Source: Neocallimastix sp. 'constans' (Eukaryota). Taken from it: a DNA stretch of 64,000 nt. The stretch lies in assembly GCA_050613775.1 (NCBI GenBank), contig JBODTK010000011.1:1426001-1490000 (forward strand), in the 5' to 3' direction. Both the position numbers and the translations under genes were made by a program. This document shows positions 36,377 through 47,503 of this stretch, in pieces. Each line of letters starts with the position of its first letter. Position 1 is the first letter of the stretch. The notes under the pieces were generated by a model, which saw only the letters and a list, made by a program, of their open reading frames with translations, ran no database searches and was not told the DNA's origin.

Positions 36377-37515
36377 TTTAACAAAGAACTCCGTGAGATC
36401 GGGTCAATGGTTAGCGCGTATACTCTGAGGTCAATAGTCCGAAGTTCGATTCCACCTTACCACCCATTATAATCCATTTGACAGCCTAACCCTAAATCGA
36501 ACAAGTCATCGTCTACACTATGATCGTGCTTCTCAGTTGTAAGTATACATTGCCTGAAGCGGGGTGATTCCTGCGTATTGTAAATCCTCATTAGTTAATG
36601 TATCTGCGTGTTCATCACGTGTTAGGATAGATTTCCTAATTTGGAGAAAGGTAATGTAGTAAATAAATAATAATGGGGGAGTGTGCATTTCGAAAATTTT
36701 TATTACAAAAATTTGTATTTTGTTGTATGGCTTAAATATTTTTAATTTTAAGCCACTTAATTTTATTAAAAATTTAATGAATAATAATTATTTAATTAAA
36801 TAAATAAAATTACAATTTTCAAAAATTTTCAAACACGTAATCTTACGTGGGGCGTATATCTAATTGTATCATAATTTTGTGGCTTTTTTCTACAATTTTT
36901 AAAAAGCCATATATTCACAATATGGCGTGAATAATAAATGTGGTGATATTTTATGACGAAAATTTATAAGCCACCAAGAATTTGGCGAAATTTAACTGGA
37001 CGAAATTCAACTTTTGGCGAAATACAACACTACAATAAATAATAATTAGGTTAGGTATTTCTATTTAACATTGAAAAATAAAATAAAAATAAATAAACAT
37101 TTTATTTTTTAATGCTTAAAAAATAAAATAAAAATAAGAAATAAGAAAACTTTTTTTTTAAACATTGAAAAATAAAATAAAAATAAATAAACATTTTATT
37201 TTTTAAGCATCAAAAAATAAAAAAAAAAAAAAAAAAAATAAGAAATAAGAAAACTTCTTTTTTAAACATTAAAAAATAAAATAAAAATAAAAAAAATAAA
37301 ATAAAACAAAAAAATAAAAAATAAAAATAAAAATAAATAAATAAAATAGTAAATAAAGAAATAATAAATAATTAATAATTAAATAATTATTTAAATAATT
37401 ATATAATTAATTAAAAAAAGGTTTATTATTTTAAATATTAAAAAAAAAAAAAAAAGTTTCAAAGCATTTAAAAGTATATTTATTAAAATATTTTATTGAA
37501 AAATTTTAATTATTA

Positions 37516-38952
37516 ATGGAAGACAATATAGAAATTGAAATAAGTGAAACAAATCGAGGAAATGAACAAATTATTATTAATAAAAAACACAAATTTAATT
37601 TTTCATTTCAAAGGAAAGATAAATCAAAAATTTATAGATGCACTGAATATAAGACTTTAAATAAATGTAAATCTTTAATTATTTTAAATGATAAAAAGGA
37701 GGTTTTAAAATATGAAAGTTTACATAACCATCTCGAAAAAGAAATTGATGTGTCTATATCAGTAGCAAAGCATAAAATTAAGGAAGAAATTAAGAAAAAT
37801 TCAATTCCTATGGATATAAAACCTAAACATATATTTAATGCCGTTTCTCAAGAAATGGGACTTATATGTCCCGAATATAGTACAATTAGATCCCAAATAA
37901 TAAGAAATATAAATAAACAATTTCCTCCAAACATAAAAGGTTTTGATGATATTCCCATTGAATCAGAATATTATAAAACTAAAAGAAATGAAAATTTTAT
38001 GATATTTAAAAATATTGATCTAATAATCTTTCAATCACCATTCCAAGCATATTTATTTTCGAATTATCATAAAAATATATTTGCGGACGGTACATTTTAT
38101 GCAGCACCGAAGTTTAGTTATCAGTTATTTATAACAAGAACTTATGTTGGGGAATTTAATATGCTTTACACTACTTCCATTTCTATATTAAAAAATAAAA
38201 AACAATCTACATATGAAACATTATTTAAAGAAATAAAAAAAAAATGCAAATAAATTTAGGAGTAATACATTAATTACTACAATTAATTTTCATTGTGATT
38301 TTGAACAAGGTATATCTAATGCCGCAAAAAAAGTTTTTCCCAATATAAATATTAAATATTGTGTTTGGCATTACAAAAGATCATTAGAAAAACAAAAAAA
38401 TATATTATGTTATCATGATGTGAAGAATAATAATGATGTATATATTTATTATAAAGCTATTTCGAACTTACCGTTTATAAATCCTAACTATATATTTGAT
38501 ATTTATATTATAATAAAAAGAATTTGTCAAAAAAAAAGTATAATTATTTTCTGCAATTTTTAGAATATTTTAATAAAAATTATTTACTTAAGTATAATGT
38601 TAATAATTGGAATTATTATGAAAATATAGAGCATTTAACAAACAATGCATCAGAATCTTATAATAGCTACTTAAATAATATATTTCCAAATAAACCTTTA
38701 TTTTATAAATTAATATATATATTAAAAGAAGAAGAAAACTTATCTTATAATGATTATCAAAGGAGAACTAAAGGAAATTGGAAAAAAAAGCAAAAAATAT
38801 TTAGTGCAACTGATGAAATTAAAATTTTAATTGAAAATTACAAAAGTAAGGAAATAAATTTATTTTATAATGGATGCAACAGAAATGAATTAATTAAATT
38901 ATGGAAAGAATGTTTAATTGATTTAAACGATATAAATATTAATTTAAAATAA
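37516..38952 (+). pseudogene. MULE transposase (FLYWCH/WRKY-like Zn finger plus DDE), split by two opposite 1-nt frameshifts in A-runs
   Basis: YRC..C..HNH and FADGTF in the first frame. The middle frame encodes FHCDFEQGISNAAKKVFP..YCVWHY, and the last part has TNNASESYN. Shifts are at A10 (38235-38244) and A9 (38529-38537). Confidence 0.88.
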
Positions 38953-39093
38953 ATAATCTTAATTTAAAAAAATGCTAGAAAAATACAAATTTATTTACCT
39001 ATTGTGTTTATTTAATAATCTTAATAGAAATTATCTTTTAGTTATTTTTATTAAGTAATTTATAACTAAAACCGATTTATTTGATACTAGTTA

Positions 39094-39418
39094 AAATTTT
39101 ATTAATATCAATATCAATATTATATAATTATAAATTTTATTAATATCAATATCAATATTATATAATTATAAATTTTATTAATATCAATATCAATATTATA
39201 TAATTATAAATTTTATTAATATCAATATCAATATTATATAATTATAAATTTTATTAATATCAATATCAATATTATATAATTATAAATTTTATTAATATCA
39301 ATATCAATATTATATAATTATAAATTTTATTAATATCAATATCAATATTATATAATTATAAATTTTATTAATATCAATATCAATATTATATAATTATAAA
39401 TTTTATTAATATCAATAT
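39094..39418. repeat. 38-bp minisatellite (~8.5 copies) inside the MULE
   Basis: Unit AAATTTTATTAATATCAATATCAATATTATATAATTAT. Confidence 0.92.
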
Positions 39419-39729
39419 ACTTTTCAAAATTAATTATGGTATTAAAAATATTAAATTCAATAAAAGATTTTTATTATTTTATTAAAATTATAATTGTTAT
39501 TATTATATTTTAATAATAATTGATTCATATTGATCAAACATTATAAATATTACTATGCAAATAATTAATTATTTTAATAGGATCAATTATTCAACTCTTA
39601 TTGTTTTAATTTTTAATTCTTATATCATTTAAATTAATATATATATATATATATATATCGTTTATGAAAATATGAATTATAAATAATTAAAATTATTTAC
39701 TTTTCATTTAAATTTTTTTATTTACTATA

Positions 39730-39794
39730 ATAAAATATAATAATTATAAGACAAACGTTATAATAACGTTTGTCTTATAATTATTATATTTTAT
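39730..39794. repeat. Perfect palindrome, 32-bp arms, 1-nt centre
   Basis: ATAAAATATAATAATTATAAGACAAACGTTAT-A-ATAACGTTTGTCTTATAATTATTATATTTTAT. Confidence 0.92.
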
Positions 39795-40904
39795 AACTAA
39801 TTTTTTTTTTTTTTTAGAAAAATAAATGAAAAAAATTAAAATATATAAGATTCCTATATATATATAATAATTATTATATTTTATTTTATTATATATTTTT
39901 TTTATTTTATTTTATTTTATTTTATTTTATTTTATTTTATTATATTTTTTTTTATTTTATTTTATTTTATTTTATTTTATTTTATTTTATTTTATTTTAT
40001 TTTATTTTATTTTATTTTATTTTATTTTATTTTATTTTATTTTATATTTATATTTCAACTATTGATTTTATTTTATTTTATTCAATCTGTACTTATATTT
40101 ATGTTTCTACTATTCATTTTATTTTATTTTATTTTATTCAATCTGTACTTTATATTCATGTTCTACTATTCATTTTATTTTATTTTATTTTATTTTATTT
40201 TATTTTATTTTATTTTATTTTATTTTATTTTATTTTATTTTATTTTATTTTATTTTATTTTATTTTATTTTATTTTATTTTATTTTATTTTATTTTATTT
40301 TATTTTATTTTATTATATTTTATTTTATTCAATCTGCATTTTCTGTTGATAATATAAACAAGGTATTAATGTATTAATAATAATTAATAATATTTAAAAT
40401 AAAATAAAAAAAATATAATAATTATTTTATATACGTAGTAATTATATATATATATATATATATATATTTTTATTTAATTTTCTAAAAAAAATTTTTTTAG
40501 TCATAATAAACGTTTGTCTTAATTATTTTTATTATTATTTAAAAATTTATTTATTCATTTATAATTTATTTATTCATTTATAATTTATTTATTCATTTAT
40601 TTATTTATCACATTATAATACGCCATGTTTTCCGAAATACAATACAACAAAATACAAATTTATGTAATAAAAATTTTCGAAATGACACACCCCCATAATA
40701 ATGTTATAGTGTATGTAGTTGTGGCTTGCCGTATCCATCATCTTCAAATCTTGTGGTTCTGTAATCCGTGACTGAGAGCGTCGACGCCGAAATGGTATGG
40801 CATGGGAGCACTTTGTTGTATCCTGATACACCCGATATAAAGTTTGTCTGATATTAGTTGTCTGTTGTGGCTGGGATGATATGATCAAGACCTACAAGGG
40901 ATAG

Positions 40905-40936
<32 letters not shown>

Positions 40937-40939
<3 letters not shown>

Positions 40940-41209
40940 AATTTAACAAACAAAATTATTAATTTTAAATTTAAGGAAAACCATCTTAATTTAAATAATA
41001 TGATTGTCCAAGTCTTTCAAATAAATGATGATATCATTTAAATATATTAGTATATATTGACCAATTTCTTCAATAAAGATGTGTTATACAAAGCGTTAGA
41101 ATACAGCTGGGGTATTTCTGAGGCCAAAAGGTATTATTTTATATTGGAAGTATCCCAGTATGGTGCGGAAGGCTATTAAATATTCTTGTCCTTCTTTGAT
41201 TCTGATCAT
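40937..41209 (-). pseudogene. Old Ty3/gypsy RT relic, upstream part
   Basis: MIRIKEGQEYLIAFRTILGYFQYKIIPFGLRNTPAVF*RFV*HIF..IYLNDIIIYLKD...FVKL, matching the RT core consensus with stops. Confidence 0.88.
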
Positions 41210-41334
41210 CAATTTTTGTAAATTTATATTTTTAGTTGTTCGAAAAATTTTTTATGACTTCCGGCTATTTGACTTTTTTTTTTTTTTTTTGTTATGATTG
41301 GAAAATGTTTTATTTTTTATATGATATTTTTCTT

Positions 41335-41600
41335 TTTCAGTTTTCATCCTCAGAAAACATTTCTTATCCAATTCAATAATTAAATGGTTAGGTTCAAGCT
41401 TATCATATTCTTCTTCTTAAAGTTCCATGAGTAGACCTCTTCTTATTATATCAATTAAAATATTATTAGGCTATTCAATTATGGAGGCAAGGTGGCGGAG
41501 TTTAATTGTAAAATCAGCGTTTTTATCTAATTGGGTTTGTTTTAGAATGAGAAGTTTCTTGATCAAAGCATAACGCTGTTCATTGGAAATTAATATATGA
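41335..41600 (-). pseudogene. Gag-like relic of the same old gypsy element
   Basis: LIKKLLILKQTQLDKNADFTIKLRHLASIIE*PNNILIDIIRRGL resembles the retrotransposon Gag LxQ..F..LA..W....F..GL pattern. Confidence 0.6.
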
Positions 41601-41620
41601 GGAATAACTCACAGTTGGAA

Positions 41621-41691
41621 TATAACTAAATAAATCATAAATAAAACTTCTCTTGTTGGGAGAAGTTTTATTTATGATTTATTTAGTTATA
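41621..41691. repeat. Perfect inverted repeat, 32-bp arms, 7-nt loop
   Basis: TATAACTAAATAAATCATAAATAAAACTTCTC-TTGTTGG-GAGAAGTTTTATTTATGATTTATTTAGTTATA. Confidence 0.92.
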
Positions 41692-43640
41692 AATTTTATT
41701 TATTTATTATTTAAAATTATAATTTATTTAATACATGTATTTAATTATTGTTAACTTGAAAATATAAAAGAAATTATTAAATAAATTTTGGCATAAAACT
41801 TTTCAAATAGTAATTATAAAAGAATTATTCTTATTTTTATATTCGTAATTCATTAGAAACTATTTAATTAATTAATTTTTATGAGAACTATTAAGTATTT
41901 AAAGGATTCCAGATAAAAGTATAAAATAAAATATATATTAAAGTAAAATATTATTCATAAATTAATTATGCTATAATTAATAAAATATTAATAATTATTT
42001 AAATAATTAAAAATATAATAAAATAAATATCAATATAAAATAATATAAAAATAATAAAAAAGAAATTATAATATTAACATAAAATTTATGTTAAATGTTT
42101 ATCTTTATATTAATTTAATGTTCTTGTATAATTTTATGTCTTTACATAATTTTATTTTTATCATGTATATTTAATCACGTTTAATTGATATCATGAAGTC
42201 TCAAATGATTTATTAATTTATTTTTATGTAATTATTAATAAATAAATTTTATTAATAATTAAAGTTTTTATTTCCGTTTTATGATCATAAATGTTTGTAT
42301 ATTATTTTATGGATTATTCAATTAATATATTACAGTATAAACGGTTTTGAATTAAACTATTAAAAAGAATGACTTCAGCATGACAATATCATTGATTTTT
42401 GATAGATTTATGAGGTAATTAACATTTATTTAAATTGTTTGCTTAGTCACAAACAATGTAATGTAATTTTTTATTAAAAATATTACATAAATAAATAAAA
42501 ATAAAAAAAATAATAAATGTGTTTATATAAAAATGAAGACAATAATACTATTTTCTTATTATTTTTCTTATATATAAATATATATTTGTTTGTTAACTAT
42601 TGCATGTTAATATAACAATACTAAAAAAAAAAAAAATATGCTTCAATATTAAAAAAGAAAATGAGTGACCTTTTTATTAATTAAAAAGAAAAAATTAATT
42701 TTAATAGATAAATTTAATTATTCAAATAAAAAAGGATACTATTATTCATTATTCAATTATTTAATTATTATTTATTATTTATTATTTATTATTCAATTAT
42801 TTATTATTTATTATTTAATTATTTATTATTTTTTATTTAATTATTATTATTCAATTATTTATTATTTATTATTTATTATTTATTATTTATTATTTATTAT
42901 TTATTATTTATTATTATTTATTATTATTTATTATTTATTATTTATTATTTATTATTTATTATTTATTATTTATTATTTATTATTTATTATTTATTATTTA
43001 TTTATTTATTATTTATTATAATTTATTATTGTAATTGATTTAGTAACTAAATATGTATATATGATATGATTGTATTATTAATAAAATTTTCATGATAAGA
43101 TAAATAAAGTCTATATCTGTATATATTTATTATATAATTTTTTGTTTTAATATATATATGATTATATTTATCCAATATATTAAAACAATGAAATCTATAT
43201 AAAAAGCATTAAAATCTATACAAATGTATATGTATTTTTCCCCATTATTAATTAGATGATTAATTAATGAATTAATTAATTAATGCAATGTCAGTAAAAA
43301 AGAGGTGAAACTTTAATATTTATTAATCTTTAAAAAAAAAAAAAATAAAAGAAAGAACGAAAGAAGGAAAAAAAAAAAAAAAAAAAAAAGGAAGATTAAT
43401 AAAAGGAGTAGGAGAGCTGTGGTTTAGGCTTTAATAATTTGAGATTCTCATAATTAAAATAATTATAATAATTAAAATAATTATATTAACTATAATTAAA
43501 ACTATAACTATAATAGTATTAAATTATATTATATTTGATTAAATTATATAATACTTTATTATATAACAATTATAGGATAAAGAATGGAAATTATCCCTTC
43601 ATTTGCCATTTTAGTATTTATTGCTGTTTTATGTGTTTAG

Positions 43641-43671
<31 letters not shown>

Positions 43672-46282
43672 AATTTTTATTTTATTTTTTTTTATTTATA
43701 TTTATTATTTATATCTAATATTTATATTTATATCTTATATTCATGTTTATATTTATATTTTTATTTTATAATACTATTAAATAAAATTATTTATTATTCT
43801 CTTGAATTCTCTTAATTAATAAGAGTACGGTTTGTAGTATTACTAATGATATTAGTAATTATTATAATACAAATTAGATATATATAAATCAGAAAACGGA
43901 GGTGAACATTCCATTTGAATGTTATAATTACTTTCATATAAAAAAGTGATGACTAAGATAAACCTAATTCATCATTCTTTTTATGCAATTATTCAATAAA
44001 AATTCTTCTGTATAATATCTATTTATGCCAAATAATGTAAAGTCTTATAAATATATATATATAAAAAGAGTTTTTATTAATATTCCATTGTATTTACATA
44101 ATACCTACCCCTACTTTACCCTACCCTACTATACTATACTATAGTAATTTCATATGATTTAAAGCTATAAAATGCAGAATTATTCTTAATTAAATAAATT
44201 AATAATAAATAAATAAATAAATAAATATAAATAAATTAATTAATAATAAATAAATAAAAATAAACAAAATAAGTAAAAAAAATAAATAAAAATAAAATAA
44301 ATAAATAAAAATAAATAAAAGTAAATATAAAAATAAATAAATAAAATTAATATATATATTTTACAATAGATTAATGAAAAACTTTAATCCTATCAGCGTA
44401 TTACAAATAGTATAAAATTAAAAAAGGATGAAACATCAAAGGACATCAAAGGATTTCTAATATTATTTTAATATTATTTTATTTCATATATTATAATGTA
44501 TTACAATTAAATATTAAATTATATATATGTATACAATTTTATTAATAATTATTTAAAAGTTTTTTTTATAAACCAATACAGGGTGAATTTTACTGTTTAC
44601 GTTACATATTGCTCTGTGCTTTGTTTTTTAAATAATATATATAAATATATATACATCACCATTGGAAAGAATGAACCACATTTTGAGATGACAGAGATTG
44701 AGAATTAAAAGTGCAATTATAAAGTGCAAATTCAATGAGTCATCCTCTTTCTTTTCTTCTTCATCCACTACTTCTAATTGTATGAGGTTTATTTAATATT
44801 GTATATATATGTATACATATTGTAATGTACATGTGTAATACATCTTTTATTTACATTCTTTTTTATTCACTGCACCATTGTAGAAATTAATAAATTAGAT
44901 AGGCTACAAAAACATTTAAATTGAAAATACTAAAAATGTATTATAACATATTTCATGTTATAATATTTGTTATTTTTAATATTCCAATATATTATAATAT
45001 ATTATATGCATATTATACATATATTATTATTTATAGCATTTTTTTAGAGAATATATTAAAAATGGTTTAATGAGGATGACTAAATTCTATAAATTAAACT
45101 TTAAAATATTAATACTATAAATATATTACCATACACATATTATAATATATTATAATAATCTAATCAAATATATTAACTAAAAGGTTAGAATTATAACAAA
45201 TAATGATAATCCATCCATACATTTAGTAATATTGAAATATATAATAAATCAATTATTGTAAATATAAATAATAAAAAATAATAAATAATAAATAAAATAT
45301 TATTAATTGATGGGTAAATTTTTGATTTTTTTTTTATATATTCTTTTTTATTCCTTTAAATCATTGATTAATTAATAAATAAATAAATAGATAAATATTT
45401 ATTTAATTAAATAAATAGATAAATAAATAAATAAATAAATAGATAAATCAATAAAATGAAATATAGAAATTATTTTATAACGTTTTTAAAATATTAATAT
45501 TTTAATAATAAATAAAAATATAAATATATTTCTTTTATATGATTCAATTTATATAATATAAATATATATAGTTATGTGTTTATATCAAATAGTTTACATG
45601 GAATATATATAATTATAATTTAATGTTTAGATTAAATTTAATTGTTATGATTAAATAAATAAATAAATAAATTTTTTTTTTTTTCTATTCGTAATAATGT
45701 CATAAAATTTTTAATCTTTTATATAAATAGAAAAATATTTCTTTTTATTTTAATTTTTAATTGTTGTAAAAATATTTTTTTTTATTTCTTTTTTTTCAAA
45801 AAAAAAATTTTTTTTTTTTTAATTGTCATTATATGTAAATTATTAAATATATATAAAATAATAATTAAATATTCTAAAAATAATAATAAATAAATAAAAA
45901 TAATAATAATAAAAGAATAATAAATAAAACAAAGCAAAAATAAAACTAAATAAATAGTTATTAAAAAGTTAAACCGATAAAATAAAATAAAATAAAATAA
46001 AAATAAAATAAAATAAAAAAAAAAAATAAACGTAATTTATATATATATTTATTTATTTAAAAAAGAAAAAGCCGATCAATATAAAATAAGTAAATAAATA
46101 AGAAGTAATCAACTAATAATCATCTTTAAAATTATTCAATTTTTTATTATTTACTAATTTACAAATTTAATAATAAAAAATTAATCATTTTTACTTATTA
46201 AATAAAAAAAAAACTATTAAATATTAACAAATAAAAAAAATATATATATAATAAAAATTTTATATTTATTATTTATTAATAT

Positions 46283-46316
<34 letters not shown>

Positions 46317-47503
46317 TAGTTAAATATTTTTATATATAATATAATAAGTTAAATTTAATTTATTTTACAAGAAAGTTAAATTTAAAACATTAATATTATT
46401 TAGTTATATAATAACAAAACAACAACTATAAATAATTTATTTTAAAAAAAATAATTATTTATATAAAGTAATCATAAAATAAAAAAAAATAGTATATTAA
46501 ATATTAATTTTTATAATCTAAATTATATAACAAAGTTGTTTTAAAAGCATTCAAAATATATTTTTAAAAAAGGAAATCCAACTAAATAAAAAAATTAAAA
46601 TGTTTTTAAAGATTATTTGTGTTTTTGATCATTTACATAAGACTTTTATGGTTTATTAATATAATAATATAATTTAAAAGAATATTTAAAAGAATAAAAA
46701 CACAAAAATAAGAAAGCAATAAAACATTTATATTTAGTTGTAATTAGTTTATAGAAAAGATTATTTTTCTTTTCCTTTTTAAAATATATAGTTTAATGAA
46801 ATATATTTTATTATAAAGAAAAAGAAATACATTAATCTTTTTTATTAGACTTTTTTTGATTTTAACTTGGAAAAAATTTTTATAAATATATATAATTTAG
46901 AGAAAATAAAATAAATTAATACGTTTATTTACTATCTTTTTTAAAAAAAAATATAAAAAGTAATATTCAATTTTTTTTTTTGAAAAAGAAATAATAAAAA
47001 TAATAACCAGGTAGTGATAGAACCTAACAGAAAAATAAAAATAAGAAATTAAATTAATTTTAATTATTGAATAACCGATAAAATAAAATTAATTTAATCA
47101 TTTAAAGCATTTAAAACTTTTTAATTTTTGATATTGAAAATATTATAAGGTTTTTAATTTTTATTCAACTTTTACACGTTTAAATCCATTTTTTTTTAAA
47201 ATTATTTGTATATATTTATAATAATAATAAGAAAAAAGTTTTATATTAACTAAATACTTCTGATATATAAAACATATTGTAAAACCTCGTTTATATCAAT
47301 ATATTTACATAGAATTAATATTAAGGAGTTATTTAATATATATAACAAAAGTTATATTCTGTTTATTTTTTTTCATATTCTCTGTAAATATAAATTGTAA
47401 AAAAAAAAAGTTTTTTTGTAAAAAGAAAAAATCAATTCAACTTTTATATTATTTTTACTTTTTAAATTATTTCTTTTAAAATTATTCTAGAATAATAGTA
47501 ATA

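Larger units (their letters stand above)
36675..40694 (+). mobile_element. Mutator-like (MULE) DNA transposon, 4020 bp, ~54-bp TIRs, 8-bp TSD ATAATAAT
   Basis: TIRs at 36675-36728 and 40642-40694 (GGGGG(A)GTGT..CATTTCGAAAATTTTTATTAC...). ATAATAAT at 36667-36674 and 40695-40702. Internal transposase. Confidence 0.92.
36386..40936 (+). mobile_element. tRNA-derived SINE (~494 nt plus A29), interrupted by a MULE: 5' part 36386-36674, 3' part 40703-40936
   Basis: Box A-like CGGGTCAATGG (36400-36410) and box B GTTCGATTC (36444-36452). GC-rich body with no TTTT run, poly(A) at 40908-40936. 14-bp TSD TCTAATTTAACAAA at 40937-40950; the left copy is split as 19450-19458 plus 36381-36385. Confidence 0.85.

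Noticed and set aside
20289..36389. Palindromic target site GTTCTTT..AAAGAAC around the insertion point
   Set aside because: The left arm belongs to the end of the solo LTR, not to the original target.
36393..36465. Functional tRNA gene
   Set aside because: Acceptor, anticodon and T stems pair poorly and no T-run terminator follows. It is better explained as a SINE head.
40613..40888. 91-aa minus-strand ORF
   Set aside because: Spans the MULE TIR/SINE junction, starts at TTG and has no recognisable motif.
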